A model generated the notes under the pieces. The model made no database searches. It had not been told where the DNA came from and saw only the letters and a list, made by a program, of their open reading frames with translations. Source: Mogibacterium sp. (lineage in GTDB: Bacteria > Bacillota > Clostridia > Peptostreptococcales > Anaerovoracaceae). From it: a DNA stretch of 64,000 bases. The position numbers and the translations under genes were made by a program. Positions 36,830-47,524 of this stretch are shown here, in pieces. How positions within the stretch are numbered: position 1 is the first letter of the stretch; the number at the start of each line of letters is the position of its first letter. The DNA lies in NCBI GenBank assembly GCA_017512145.1, contig JAFWHB010000003.1, forward strand, positions 7,629 through 71,628, read 5' to 3'.

Positions 36830-37738
36830 TTAGTCCCAAAGCATTACCGGATAGGTGCCGTCTGCCTTGAGGGCAGCGAATTTGGCAACTACTTCAGGCT
36901 TGTCTTCCTTGTAGGTAACTCCGAACCATTTATCTGATGATGTCAGAACTTCATATGTGGCAGTTCCTTCGCTGATCTGCTCGTTGATAGGAGTCTGAAT
37001 GTAATATTCTCCCTTCATAGGGTTCTCAGCCATGATCCTGTCAAGAGCTTTGACAAATCCTGACTTGAGTGATTCCATGTATTCAGCTGAAAATCCCCAG
37101 AGGTTCATGGAAACAGGTGCGTCAGACGGGATCTCAATCTTGCTTCCGTCCGCAAGTGTGTCGGTGATCCTTCCGTCCGGCTCTTTGCCGACCTTGAGGT
37201 GCTCGGTGATATTAGTCAGGCATCCGTTTGATGCTTCGCAGATTCCTCTTGAAACAGTTCCGTTCTCAGACAGAGTGTTCTCGATCTCGAATCCTACCAT
37301 GCAGTTGTGAGATGCGTCAGCCTTGGTTGTCAGGAAGTCATATATCTTGACAAAGCCTTCTTTGCCATAGTAGTCGTCCGCATTGATAACAGCGAATGGG
37401 GCATCGATGATATCTCTTGCTGCAAGTACAGCCTGGCCTGTTCCCCAAGGCTTGGTGCGGCCCTCAGGAAGAGTATATCCTGCAGGGAGATCGTCAAGCT
37501 CCTGGAAAGCATAATGAACTTCGTATTTCTTGCCGGCGCCCTTCTCAATATGCCCTCTGAAAACCTCCTCGAAGTCATGCTTGATGATGAAGCATACTCT
37601 TCTGAATCCTGCCATATAAGCATCATAAAGGCTGAAATCCATGATGATATCGCCTTGCTCTGTGATCGGGTCGAGCTGTTTATTGCCGCCGTATCTGCTG
37701 CCCATTCCTGCAGCCATAATTACAAGAATCGGTTCCAA
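36830..37738 (-). CDS. Sugar-phosphate nucleotidyltransferase family protein
   Basis: N-terminal MAAGMGSRYGG signature of NTP-transferases. Confidence 0.7.
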   Translation of the reverse strand: MEPILVIMAAGMGSRYGGNKQLDPITEQGDIIMDFSLYDAYMAGFRRVCFIIKHDFEEVFRGHIEKGAGKKYEVHYAFQELDDLPAGYTLPEGRTKPWGTGQAVLAARDIIDAPFAVINADDYYGKEGFVKIYDFLTTKADASHNCMVGFEIENTLSENGTVSRGICEASNGCLTNITEHLKVGKEPDGRITDTLADGSKIEIPSDAPVSMNLWGFSAEYMESLKSGFVKALDRIMAENPMKGEYYIQTPINEQISEGTATYEVLTSSDKWFGVTYKEDKPEVVAKFAALKADGTYPVMLWD

Positions 37739-37777
37739 CTGTTCTTTCCTCCTTGCACATTGTTTAAAATAAGTCTG

Positions 37778-39445
37778 TTAAATTCTGGCGCTAAGTCTCT
37801 CGCGCACTTTGTCCTCGCCCATGATCTGCTGGATAGCCCAGACATCAGGGGAAGTGGCTCTTCCCATAAGAGCGATCCTGATAACAGTGCTGACATGTCC
37901 GACATGTCCCTTGTATTCTTCAGGATGCTTCTTGAAATCCTTAGGCTTTGCTGCGTAGCCAAGATCTACAGCGATCTGTCTGATCTTGCCGAACCATGCC
38001 TCATTATCATCGGAATGATCATATGAATCAAGGTATGCCTTAAGGATGGCCTCGGCATCTGCAGCAGCCTCAGCAGGATATTCGTCTTCGATTTTAAATG
38101 CCTCATCGAAGAAGTATCCGATGTAATCCATGATCTGTCTTGCATAAACAAGGTCAGCTCTAGGTCTTGCATCATGTCTTCCGAGATCAAGAATCTGAGC
38201 GAGATGATCCATGTCTGCGAAGACATAACCATATTCAGGTGCGAATTCATCTGACCAGCTCTTCAGCCATGCTGCAAGCTCAGCTGCATCTATATGAAGC
38301 AGGGTGTTCTTGCTGACATCGTTCAGCTTGTCAAGATCGAAGAGCGCTCCGCTGCTTGACATCTTCTCAGTCGTGAATTCGAAATCTTCAGCAGGTGCGT
38401 CCGGATTAGCGATACGCCACTCCTCATAGTTGGAGTTAAGGATGGTCAGAAGATACTCTCTGACAGCTGCAGGGTGATAGCCCTGGCTCCTGTAGTAATC
38501 GAGCGAAAGCTCAGGATCCTTACGCTTTGACAGCTTGCGCTTGTTGCCGTCCTCGCCGATCTTCATCAGCTGTGCGGTATGGCAGTAGATCGGCAGTTCC
38601 CATCCGAGATCCTCGAAGAGCTCGATATGGATCGGAAGGGAAGGCAGCCACTCTTCGCCTCTGACAACATGTGTCGTTCTCATCAGGTGGTCATCTACGA
38701 CATGTGCAAAGTGATATGTCGGGATACCGGTCTGCTTGATTATGACGACATCCTGGAAGTTGTCAGGAACAGACAGCTCTCCTCTGATCGCATCAATGAC
38801 ATTGTGTCTTGAAGTCTCCTCGGCTGTAGCGTTAGGAACACCCTTGGACTTAAGTCTGATGACGAAAGGCTCTCCGGCCTTGATTCTTGCTACGACATCT
38901 GCCTCAAGCTCAGGATCCTTGTCCCAGTCTCTGAACTTTGACCAGCCTGCGTAGATACCAGGGGAGACCTTGGCAGCCTCCTGCTGCTCTCTGATCTGGG
39001 TGATCTCATCCTCTGAAAGGAAGCATGGATAAGCAAGTCCCTGCTCGAGCAGCTTCTTGGCGAAGGTCCTGTAGATCTCACCTCTGTGGCTCTGTGTGTA
39101 ATCGCCGTATGCGCCTATATCGCCATTCTCTGTGACACCCTCGTCAAAACTGATTCCGAAGAATGCGAGTGAAGTGATGATGGTCTCTACAGCGTTCTCG
39201 ACAAATCTCTTGTCGTCAGTATCCTCTATACGGAGGAAGAAAGTACCGCCGCTCTGATGAGCGAGTCTCTCATCTACAAATGCTCCGTACAGATTGCCGA
39301 GATGGATGAATCCTGTAGGGCTCGGTCCGAGTCTTGTGACCTTAGCGCCGGCAGGAAGATTTCTGGCAGGATACATAGCTTCATATTCCTCTGGAGTGTG
39401 AGGAAGAGAAGGATATATAAGATCAGCTAATTCTCTGTAATTCAT
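37778..39445 (-). CDS. gltX: Glutamate--tRNA ligase (class I, GlxRS family)
   Basis: HIGH-type motif PSPTGFIHLGN and KMSKS-type KLSKRK. Confidence 0.8.
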   Translation of the reverse strand: MNYRELADLIYPSLPHTPEEYEAMYPARNLPAGAKVTRLGPSPTGFIHLGNLYGAFVDERLAHQSGGTFFLRIEDTDDKRFVENAVETIITSLAFFGISFDEGVTENGDIGAYGDYTQSHRGEIYRTFAKKLLEQGLAYPCFLSEDEITQIREQQEAAKVSPGIYAGWSKFRDWDKDPELEADVVARIKAGEPFVIRLKSKGVPNATAEETSRHNVIDAIRGELSVPDNFQDVVIIKQTGIPTYHFAHVVDDHLMRTTHVVRGEEWLPSLPIHIELFEDLGWELPIYCHTAQLMKIGEDGNKRKLSKRKDPELSLDYYRSQGYHPAAVREYLLTILNSNYEEWRIANPDAPAEDFEFTTEKMSSSGALFDLDKLNDVSKNTLLHIDAAELAAWLKSWSDEFAPEYGYVFADMDHLAQILDLGRHDARPRADLVYARQIMDYIGYFFDEAFKIEDEYPAEAAADAEAILKAYLDSYDHSDDNEAWFGKIRQIAVDLGYAAKPKDFKKHPEEYKGHVGHVSTVIRIALMGRATSPDVWAIQQIMGEDKVRERLSARI

Positions 39446-39552
39446 GCATATTCTCCTTATTTATAATCAATCGTACTATTATAACTTATAGGAGCATGGT
39501 TTTTCAATTGGAGGGAGTATGCTATAGTTATATATGAAGATGGAGGTGCAGA

Positions 39553-40401
39553 ATGGATCACAATACACAGAGAATCTGGCTAATATCTAAACTCAAGGCA
39601 GAATCCCCGGGATTCGCACGCATCAGGGTGCCTTCGGATGAGCAGGGACAGAAGGATCTTCTCAGGTCCCTGATGAACATCAGGATGCCGGACCCGATCA
39701 GCGAAGAATTCCTCCAGGAGCAGGATGCCTATCTCAGGAGAGAGAGCATAATGAAGGGCATCGTGGATGAGAGGACGCTGACACCATGCGATACCGATCC
39801 GAGACTCTATCTCTGGCAGGGAGATATTACAAGACTCAAGGCAGATGCGATCGTCAATGCGGCAAACAGCGGAATGACTGGATGCTATCAGCCGCTTCAC
39901 AACTGCATCGATAACTGCATTCATTCAGCTGCCGGAATACGTCTGAGGCTCGAGTGTGCGAGTATAATGAGACGTCAGGGACATGATGAACCGACAGGAC
40001 AGGCCAAGATCACCGGAGGCTACTGCCTGCCGGCTAAGCATGTCATCCATACAGTCGGCCCGATAGTCTATGGCGAGCTTACAGATGAGCACAGGAATCT
40101 TCTCCGGTCGTCATACAGATCCTGCCTCAGGATCGCTGAAGAGAACAGGCTTGAGAGCATAGCGTTCTGCTGCATTTCGACGGGAGTTTTCATGTTCCCG
40201 CCTGAGGAAGCTGCGAAGATCGCTGTCGGAACAGTCAAGGAGTATCTTGACGATCAGGCGGAGAGATATGGAGAGATTGGTTCGATGATCACATCCGGTG
40301 AAGGCGAGACTGCCAAAGTCTACAAAGGTGTAGAGCGAGTCATTTTCAATGTTTTCTCTGACCGTGACAGAATGATTTATGAGGATTTGCTCTGGAAGTA
40401 A
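39553..40401 (+). CDS. Macro-domain protein (protein-ADP-ribose hydrolase-like)
   Basis: GDITRLKADAIVNAAN and ISTGVF macro-domain motifs, preceded by an N-terminal helical extension. Confidence 0.75.
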   Translation: MDHNTQRIWLISKLKAESPGFARIRVPSDEQGQKDLLRSLMNIRMPDPISEEFLQEQDAYLRRESIMKGIVDERTLTPCDTDPRLYLWQGDITRLKADAIVNAANSGMTGCYQPLHNCIDNCIHSAAGIRLRLECASIMRRQGHDEPTGQAKITGGYCLPAKHVIHTVGPIVYGELTDEHRNLLRSSYRSCLRIAEENRLESIAFCCISTGVFMFPPEEAAKIAVGTVKEYLDDQAERYGEIGSMITSGEGETAKVYKGVERVIFNVFSDRDRMIYEDLLWK

Positions 40402-40523
40402 TCAGTAGTTATTATCTGTGTCAATAATTCCCATAATAGCCTTTTTGTGTCCAATAATTGCATTTTGTGCAGAATGTGTGTAATATAGCTATTGCAACAA
40501 TTAACAATCTCAGGAGGCTGCCG

Positions 40524-41660
40524 GTGGGAGATAGAGTTCAAATTAAAGAAGTAACAAGCAAAGCGGAGCGGAGGATCTTTGTTGATTTTCCTAACCGCTT
40601 TTATCGTGATATACCGGAATTCGTTCCGGCTTTCTATGGCGATGACATGGCGGACTGGGACCCTGACAAGAACCCTGCTTTCGCATATTGCGAGGCAAAG
40701 TCATTCCTCGCTTATAAGGGTGATGAAGTTGTTGGCAGGATAGGCGCTATCCTCAGCCACAAGGCGAATGAGAAGTGGGGAACGAAGAGAATGAGGTTCT
40801 CGCAGGTCGACTTCATCGACGACCGTGAAGTCTCGGCTGCACTCTTTGGCGCTGTAGAGGACTGGGCCAGAGAGAAGGGCATGAATGAGGTCCACGGACC
40901 TCTCGGATTCTGTGATCTCGACAGGGAAGGCATGCTCGTTGATGGCTTTGACAAGAGAAGCATGTTCATCACTTACTATAACCATCCTTACTATCTGGAT
41001 CATCTTACTGCACTCGGATATGTTAAGGATACGGACTGGATCGAGCATCTTATTCCGCTCGAAGGATGGGACGATCCTAATTACAAGAGACTCAAGAGGA
41101 TCTCAGATGCAATGCTCAGGCGCACCGGTTTCCATAAGGCGGATGTCAAGAAGAAGTCAGATTTCAAGCCGTATATCCGCAAGGTTTTCGAGCTTGTCAA
41201 CATCGCATATGCACCGCTGTACGGTGTTGTCGAACTCACCGAGGAGCAGATCGACAAATACACTAACAAATTCCTGCCGCTCGTAGACCCTGATTTCTGC
41301 TGCCTCATAGTAGACGACAATGACGACCTGATGGGATTTGGCGTAGGCGCACCATCTGTATCTGAGGCAATGAAGAAATGCCATGGCAGACTCTTCCCGT
41401 TCGGATGGGCCGGCGTTCTGAGGGCTCTTAAGAAGAATGACACACTCGATCTGTTCCTGATCGCTGTAAGACCGGAGCTTCAGAAGACCGGTCTGAATGG
41501 AGTCATCATGGAGCATCTCTTCACAGGATGCAACAAGCATGGCATCAGACACGCTGAGACAGGTCCGCAGCTCGAGACGAATACCAAGGTCCACAGCCAG
41601 TGGAAGATGTTCGGAATTGAGCCTCACAAGAGACGCAGATGCTTCATAAAGCAGCTATAG
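40524..41660 (+). CDS. GNAT-like N-acetyltransferase family protein (uncertain)
   Basis: GTG start with an AGGAGG RBS. Overall resemblance to N-acetyltransferase-annotated proteins of about 380 aa; C-terminal LQKTGLNGV acyl-CoA-binding-like motif. Confidence 0.45.
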   Translation: MGDRVQIKEVTSKAERRIFVDFPNRFYRDIPEFVPAFYGDDMADWDPDKNPAFAYCEAKSFLAYKGDEVVGRIGAILSHKANEKWGTKRMRFSQVDFIDDREVSAALFGAVEDWAREKGMNEVHGPLGFCDLDREGMLVDGFDKRSMFITYYNHPYYLDHLTALGYVKDTDWIEHLIPLEGWDDPNYKRLKRISDAMLRRTGFHKADVKKKSDFKPYIRKVFELVNIAYAPLYGVVELTEEQIDKYTNKFLPLVDPDFCCLIVDDNDDLMGFGVGAPSVSEAMKKCHGRLFPFGWAGVLRALKKNDTLDLFLIAVRPELQKTGLNGVIMEHLFTGCNKHGIRHAETGPQLETNTKVHSQWKMFGIEPHKRRRCFIKQL

Positions 41661-41760
41661 CAAGGCATTGAATTAACTTATATATATGCTATAATTGTTC
41701 GGTCGGGTGATAAGCCCGGCCGATTATTATATTGTATGTACTAATTTGAAGGATAAGATC

Positions 41761-42648
41761 ATGACACACGACAATGGTGATTATATAGTAAGAGCGACCG
41801 CTGCAAATGAGACCGTAAGGGCATTTGCAATAAGGTCTACAGAGATGGCTGCTACAGCAAGGGAGACACACAGAACTTTGCCGGTAGTAACTGCTGCTCT
41901 CGGAAGACTTCTATCCGCAGGAGCAATGATGGGCTCAATGATGAAGGGTGAGAAGGACAAGCTCACTCTCCAGATGAAGGGCGACGGACCGATTGGACAG
42001 CTGACTGTAACAGCTGACAGCCACGGTAATGTAAAGGGCTTCCCGGCAAATCCTGCAGTAGACATCCCGAGGAAGTATGCAGGCAAGCTCGATGTCGGCG
42101 GTGCGATTGGAAAGGGCATCCTCACTGTTATCATGGATCTCGGTCTCAGAGAGCCGTACAATGGACAGGTCGAGATACAGACAGGTGAGATCGGAGATGA
42201 TCTTGCATATTACTTCACAGTCAGCGAGCAGACTCCGTCAGCTGTAGGCCTTGGAGTAATGGTAGATACTGACAGTTCAGTCAAGCATTCCGGTGGATTC
42301 ATCATTCAGGTGATGCCGGATGCAGCTGAAGAGACGATCGATGCGATCGAGGCTAAGGTATCCGGGGCTAAGTCTGTTACTGCTATGATGGAAGATGGCA
42401 TGACACCGGAGGATATTCTGGACTATTACCTCGGTGATCTTGATCTCGTCATAACAGAGAAGCAGCCTGTAAGATTCTACTGCGACTGCTCCAAGGAAAG
42501 AGTCGGAAGAGCACTTGCCACGATCAGCACCAAGGATCTTGAGGATATCATCAATGATGGTGAAGAAATAGAAGTAAAGTGTTATTTCTGCAATTCCGCA
42601 TACACATTCGGTATAGATGAGCTCAGAGAGATCATGAAGAACAGGTAG
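41761..42648 (+). CDS. hslO: Hsp33 redox-regulated chaperone
   Basis: C-terminal zinc centre CDCS...CYFC and typical Hsp33 N-terminal blocks. Confidence 0.9.
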   Translation: MTHDNGDYIVRATAANETVRAFAIRSTEMAATARETHRTLPVVTAALGRLLSAGAMMGSMMKGEKDKLTLQMKGDGPIGQLTVTADSHGNVKGFPANPAVDIPRKYAGKLDVGGAIGKGILTVIMDLGLREPYNGQVEIQTGEIGDDLAYYFTVSEQTPSAVGLGVMVDTDSSVKHSGGFIIQVMPDAAEETIDAIEAKVSGAKSVTAMMEDGMTPEDILDYYLGDLDLVITEKQPVRFYCDCSKERVGRALATISTKDLEDIINDGEEIEVKCYFCNSAYTFGIDELREIMKNR

Positions 42649-42663
42649 GCAAGAGGTACCGGG

Positions 42664-43542
42664 ATGGAGATCAACAAGAAGACTTTATACAGAGTAGGGA
42701 TGATAATACTTGGCAACCTTACATATTCTATGGGTGTCAACCTAATGATCAACCCTATACACTTATACAGCGGCGGCTTCACGGGTATTGCGCAGCTGAT
42801 CAGAACTTTCATGCTGGAGATCCTTCATATTCCACAGATCGGGCCGATCGACTATATGGGAATCATATATTTCCTGCTGAACGTTCCGTTCTTCATCATG
42901 GCATACAAGGTAATGGGCCGCAAGTTCTGTATAACTACACTGATTTCGATCGCTATGGCTTCAGCTTTCCTTGCTATTATCCCTGTACCGGCAACTCCGA
43001 TCGTAGATGACAGGATCCTGGCATCGATTGTGGGAGGTCTTGGCTCAGGATTCGGCGCCGGGCTTGTACTGAGGGCAGGCAGCTCGCAGGGCGGGCAGGA
43101 CCTTATCGGTGTGTGCCTTGCCAAGACTCATCCGGACTTCAAGGTAGGCGCGATCGGTATCGTTATAAGCGTATGCATCTATACGATATGCCTGTTCATG
43201 TATGATGTTCAGACTGTCCTGTACTCGATCATCTTTGCCGTTATGACAGGAATCTTCATCGACAAAGTCCATGTTCAGAATATCAAGATCGAATGCATGA
43301 TATTCACCAAGAAGGATGGAATGGCGCAGGCTATTCTGGATGAGATGAACAGGGGAGCAACTACCTGGGAAGGCATGGGAGCTTATACCAGAGAAGACTC
43401 ACATGTAATCGTGACAGTTATCTCAAAGTATGAGGAGCCGCATCTCCGTGAGGTGATCGCAAGCATCGATCCGGATGCATTCATGATAATCACTGACAAC
43501 GCAAGAGTTGCAGGTAACTTCCAGAAGAGATTTACAGAATAA
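42664..43542 (+). CDS. YitT-family membrane protein (second paralog)
   Basis: Same architecture as 22508-23431 (multi-TM region plus a DUF2179-like C-terminus). Confidence 0.7.
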   Translation: MEINKKTLYRVGMIILGNLTYSMGVNLMINPIHLYSGGFTGIAQLIRTFMLEILHIPQIGPIDYMGIIYFLLNVPFFIMAYKVMGRKFCITTLISIAMASAFLAIIPVPATPIVDDRILASIVGGLGSGFGAGLVLRAGSSQGGQDLIGVCLAKTHPDFKVGAIGIVISVCIYTICLFMYDVQTVLYSIIFAVMTGIFIDKVHVQNIKIECMIFTKKDGMAQAILDEMNRGATTWEGMGAYTREDSHVIVTVISKYEEPHLREVIASIDPDAFMIITDNARVAGNFQKRFTE

Positions 43543-43547
43543 CAAAT

Positions 43548-43582
43548 CAGCCGCCCGGCAATATCGCCGGACGGCTGTTTTT
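43548..43582 (+). terminator. Rho-independent terminator
   Basis: cagccgcccggc...gccggacggctg followed by TTTTT. Confidence 0.85.
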
Positions 43583-43602
43583 AATTGTATAAGGCAGAGG
43601 CC

Positions 43603-44361
43603 TCAGATGTTCAGATATAGTTCTACCGGGCAGTGGTCGCTGCCGTAGATGTCCGTCAGGATCCTCGCATCTTCAAGCTTGTCGCGAAGGCGGTCGGAGA
43701 TTATGAAATAATCTATGCGCCACCCGGTGTTCTTCTCTCTGGCTTTGAATCTGTATGACCACCAGGAGTAGGTGACCTGCTCGGGATAGAGATAACGGAA
43801 TGTGTCGGTAAAGCCGGCATCGAGGAGCTCTGTCATCTTGCCGCGCTCCTCATCTGAAAAACCTGCATTGCCTCTGTTGCTCTTAGGATTCTTGAGGTCG
43901 ATCTCATTGTGGGCGACATTGAGGTCGCCGCAGTATATTACAGGCTTGACAGCATCGAGCTCCTGCATGTATTCCCGCATAGCATCCTCGAACTCGCATC
44001 TGTAGTCGATCCTGAGAAGGCCATCCTTGGCATTAGGGACATAACAGCATATCAGGTAGAATTCAGGATATTCAAGAGTTATGACACGGCCCTCATCATC
44101 ATGATCGCCATGGATGCCATAAGCTACAGAGAGCGGCTCTCCAAGAGATTTCTTTGCAAAGACCGCAGTTCCGGAATATCCTTTCTTCTCTGCGTAATTG
44201 TAGAATTCATAATAGCCATCAGGGTGGAAGTTCGCCTGACCTTCCTGCATCTTGGTTTCCTGCAGACAGAAGAAATCCGCATCAGATGATGCGAATACTT
44301 CTTCAAATCCCTTGGTCAGAACAGCCCTGAATCCGTTTACATTCCAGCTGACAAATTTCAT
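43603..44361 (-). CDS. xth: Exodeoxyribonuclease III
   Basis: MKFVSWNVNG start, SDHCP C-terminal motif, 252 aa. Confidence 0.9.
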   Translation of the reverse strand: MKFVSWNVNGFRAVLTKGFEEVFASSDADFFCLQETKMQEGQANFHPDGYYEFYNYAEKKGYSGTAVFAKKSLGEPLSVAYGIHGDHDDEGRVITLEYPEFYLICCYVPNAKDGLLRIDYRCEFEDAMREYMQELDAVKPVIYCGDLNVAHNEIDLKNPKSNRGNAGFSDEERGKMTELLDAGFTDTFRYLYPEQVTYSWWSYRFKAREKNTGWRIDYFIISDRLRDKLEDARILTDIYGSDHCPVELYLNI

Positions 44362-44378
44362 TATTGATTAAACTCTCC

Positions 44379-45572
44379 TTATTCTATTTCGAATGGGACC
44401 ATCATCCAGTTCTTATATAGTCCTATGCCGCGGATCATAATATAACCTGTTCCCGGCTGAGTATTGCGTACTACGGTCAGAATGTAGTCGCGGCCTTCCT
44501 TGAGACCTTTGCCCTCGTAGGTGATGCCGAGCTTAGGGTTAGCGCGTCCTCTCTTGAGCTTGGTCACACTGCGCTGGAAGGCGACACGGCAGTTGCCGAT
44601 AGATATTCTTCTCTTCTCTTTGACTCCTGCAGCCCTTGTCTTATATACCTTATTAGGCTCTACATACCAGAAGTCGTGATCGACATTACCTTCGATTCCG
44701 CCGACTACGCCCTCGTCAGAGCACTGCCAGAACATATAGTCAGCATCAAGGCCTGCCTTCTTATTGTATCTTGCGAGCCAGATGGTTGCCGAATCATCAA
44801 GAAGGTCGGCCTGCATATAATTGGTGAGCATGTCACGGTTAGCATATATGGCGGATTCATATCCGGCTTCATGTACTGCATTGCAGAAGGCAAGTACTAT
44901 GTCATGGTAGAGCGATGCCGCATAGAGCTCGCCGGCCTGGATCTTCTGATCAAGGCGGCCGCCTTCGTAAATCTCAAAGTCTATTGCGAGCGGCATGGTT
45001 ATGTCTTTCTTCTTGACAAGTTCGAGCAGGAAGTAGGCTTCTTCCTGGGCCTCCTGAGGAGTAAGAGCCTGCGAGTAGAAGTAAGCGCCGGTCATGATGC
45101 CTGCCTTGGCAGCACCCTTGACATTCTTCTCGAAGGTCTCGTCTATGTGAAGCGTTCCGTCATCTGCTGCACGGTACCCGGCTCTTATGAAAGCAAAATC
45201 GACGCCGCTTGACTTGACCTTCTTCCACTTGATATCACCGGAATTATGCGCTGAAACATCTATCCCCTGAAGAACAGCGCAATTTGCGAATTTGTCAGAA
45301 TGCTTAAAGCCTTCGTCTGTGAGAATGATATCTGTAGAAGACTGAATGCGGTCAACGATCCTGCTGATTATTACAATTGCAAAAATAAGAACAATAACAG
45401 CAGCCGCAATGCGTATGGCCCATTTGCGGTTTACAGGTTTGCGCTTCTTGCGTCTCCCCGGAGGCAGTCCGGACGCCTTATTGGCTGAGGCCTGCTGCTG
45501 GAGCTTGCTCCTGCGTTCTTCTATCTTGCGGTCCCGTCTTGAGGTGCTTCCACCTTGAGGAATATCTGCCAT
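44379..45572 (-). CDS. Membrane-anchored GH25 muramidase (lysozyme) with extra C-terminal domain
   Basis: Basic N-terminus and TM segment, then the GH25 block GIDVSAHNG-like (GIDVSAHNSGDIKW...DFAFIRAG). Confidence 0.75.
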   Translation of the reverse strand: MADIPQGGSTSRRDRKIEERRSKLQQQASANKASGLPPGRRKKRKPVNRKWAIRIAAAVIVLIFAIVIISRIVDRIQSSTDIILTDEGFKHSDKFANCAVLQGIDVSAHNSGDIKWKKVKSSGVDFAFIRAGYRAADDGTLHIDETFEKNVKGAAKAGIMTGAYFYSQALTPQEAQEEAYFLLELVKKKDITMPLAIDFEIYEGGRLDQKIQAGELYAASLYHDIVLAFCNAVHEAGYESAIYANRDMLTNYMQADLLDDSATIWLARYNKKAGLDADYMFWQCSDEGVVGGIEGNVDHDFWYVEPNKVYKTRAAGVKEKRRISIGNCRVAFQRSVTKLKRGRANPKLGITYEGKGLKEGRDYILTVVRNTQPGTGYIMIRGIGLYKNWMMVPFEIE

Positions 45573-45764
45573 GTCCACTCCTTTGTAGATAAAACAAAAT
45601 AATACCACAATATATTGTAGTTCTGACTAATTGTATCATAGGTTTATTAAATTGTTGCAAATAAATACTATATTATACACACAGATAATGTTATAATTTA
45701 GACAAACAAACTGCACAGTAGGTACAGGGTGTTATTCAAAGAAGGTAACAAAGGAGATATAGCT

Positions 45765-46961
45765 ATGGTAAATGAGAAGTATTACGGCTATGGCACAGCG
45801 CCAAGCATCATTCGTGAACTGTTCGCCTACGGACTGGAGCAGGCAAAGAAAATCGGCAAGGAAAATGTCTATGACTATTCCCTGGGGAACCCGAGTATAC
45901 CTGCTCCTGAAAAAGTAAACGAGACAATCAAGAAGCTCGTTGACGAAGAAAGTTCCATTCTGCTTCACGGTTATTCAATGGCACCTGGATTTGAAGGCGC
46001 TCGTGAAGCTATCGCAGCAAATCTCAGAGAAAGATTCACAACTAACGCACAGGCAAGCGAGATTTTCATGACTTGCGGATGCGCACCTGCACTTGTATCA
46101 GTTGCTAAGGCACTCACGACCAAGCCAGAAGACAACTTTGTCTGCATCGCACCTTACTTCCCTGAATACAACGTATTCTTCACAGCAGGCGGCGGCAAAG
46201 TCAAAGTCGTAGAGGCTGACGTTCCTGATTTCCAGATCAACCTCGAAGCACTCGAGGCAACAGTAGACGAGAATTCAGTTGCTGTTGTTATCAACTCACC
46301 TAACAACCCGTCCGGAGTAGTTTACACAAAGGAAACACTCGAGAAGATCGGCGCATTCCTCAAAGAGAAAGAAGCTGAGTACGGACATCCTATCTACATC
46401 GTCGCAGACGAGCCTTACAGAGAACTCGTATACGGCGATGCTAAGGTAACATTCATCCCTGAAGTTTATGACAACACTATCGTATGCTACTCCTGGTCAA
46501 AGAGCCTGTCTCTGCCTGGTGAGCGTATCGGTTATGTATATGTACCTGCAAAGTGCGAAGACAGCAAGGCTGTTTATGCTGCAGTAGCAGGCGCTGCAAG
46601 AGAAATCGGTTCAGTTTGCCCTCCGACACTCATCCAGAGAGTCGTTCAGGAGTGCGTAGGCTGCATGCCAGACCTTGTTGCATATGACGAGAACAGAAAT
46701 GACCTCTACAATGGCCTCACAGCTATGGGCTATGAGTGCGCTAAGCCAGACGGTGCATTCTATCTCTTCATGAAGGCTCCTAACGGAGATGACATGGCAT
46801 TCTCAGAGGCTGCTAAGCTCGAAGAGAACATCCTGATCGTACCTGGAACAGGATTCCACTGCCCTGGATACCTCAGACTTTCATACTGCGTATCCAACAA
46901 GATGATCAAGGATTCACTGCCAGGATTCAAGAGACTCATAGACAAATACGGCAATAAGTAA
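45765..46961 (+). CDS. Class I/II PLP-dependent aminotransferase (aspartate/aromatic type)
   Basis: SWSKSLSLPGERIGY PLP-lysine block and NSPNNPSG motif. Confidence 0.85.
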   Translation: MVNEKYYGYGTAPSIIRELFAYGLEQAKKIGKENVYDYSLGNPSIPAPEKVNETIKKLVDEESSILLHGYSMAPGFEGAREAIAANLRERFTTNAQASEIFMTCGCAPALVSVAKALTTKPEDNFVCIAPYFPEYNVFFTAGGGKVKVVEADVPDFQINLEALEATVDENSVAVVINSPNNPSGVVYTKETLEKIGAFLKEKEAEYGHPIYIVADEPYRELVYGDAKVTFIPEVYDNTIVCYSWSKSLSLPGERIGYVYVPAKCEDSKAVYAAVAGAAREIGSVCPPTLIQRVVQECVGCMPDLVAYDENRNDLYNGLTAMGYECAKPDGAFYLFMKAPNGDDMAFSEAAKLEENILIVPGTGFHCPGYLRLSYCVSNKMIKDSLPGFKRLIDKYGNK

Positions 46962-47002
46962 TTCCATCAGGACATCCGGATTATTGAATTGATCAATTAC
47001 TT

Positions 47003-47040
47003 GGGATTTGTGCATAAATATTGCACAAATCCCTTGTTTT
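47003..47040 (+). terminator. Rho-independent terminator
   Basis: Perfect 12-bp stem gggatttgtgca / tgcacaaatccc followed by a T-rich tail. Confidence 0.85.
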
Positions 47041-47107
47041 CTTATGGCGCATATCGTATAATAGCCGTTGCGAATTAATACATTAGAAATGAAAGTGGGG
47101 TATATTA

Positions 47108-47371
47108 ATGGCAAATATTAAATCCGCAAAGAAGAGAATCCGCGTTATCGACAAGAAGACTGCTCGCAACATCAGAGTAAGAAACCACGTCAAGGAAGCT
47201 GAGAAGGCATTCCTCGCAGCTATCGAGGCTGGCGACGTTGCTGAAGCTGAAAAGACTTTCAAGCACGCTGAGAAGAAGCTCATGCAGGCAGCAGCTAAGG
47301 GAACATATCACAAGAATACTGTTTCCAGAAAGATTGGCAGATTCGAGAGAAAGCTTAACGCTATTAAGTAA
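47108..47371 (+). CDS. rpsT: 30S ribosomal protein S20
   Basis: MANIKSAKKR start; 87 aa; basic. Confidence 0.95.
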   Translation: MANIKSAKKRIRVIDKKTARNIRVRNHVKEAEKAFLAAIEAGDVAEAEKTFKHAEKKLMQAAAKGTYHKNTVSRKIGRFERKLNAIK

Positions 47372-47411
47372 TCTCACCCGTCCCCACACCGCGTATAAGT
47401 TAAATACGCTT

Positions 47412-47440
47412 ACAGCCGGAGTGTCTCCCGGCTGTTTTGT
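47412..47440 (+). terminator. Rho-independent terminator
   Basis: acagccgg...ccggctgt followed by TTTTGTTTT. Confidence 0.8.
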
Positions 47441-47524
47441 TTTGTCATGACTTACTATCTTTGACATTTAAGCAGTGTCCATGTAATAATAACTATGTAT
47501 GACACTTACTACTGTGAGGTTGAA

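Noticed and set aside
5689-47440. Four terminators (5689, 23856, 43548, 47412) share the stem core CAGCCG...CGGCTGTTTT. This raised the possibility of a repeated REP-like element.
   Set aside because: Similarity is limited to 6-8 nt of a simple GC stem. Loops and flanks differ, and the other roughly 14 terminators use unrelated stems. This is most likely convergence, not a mobile or repeated element.
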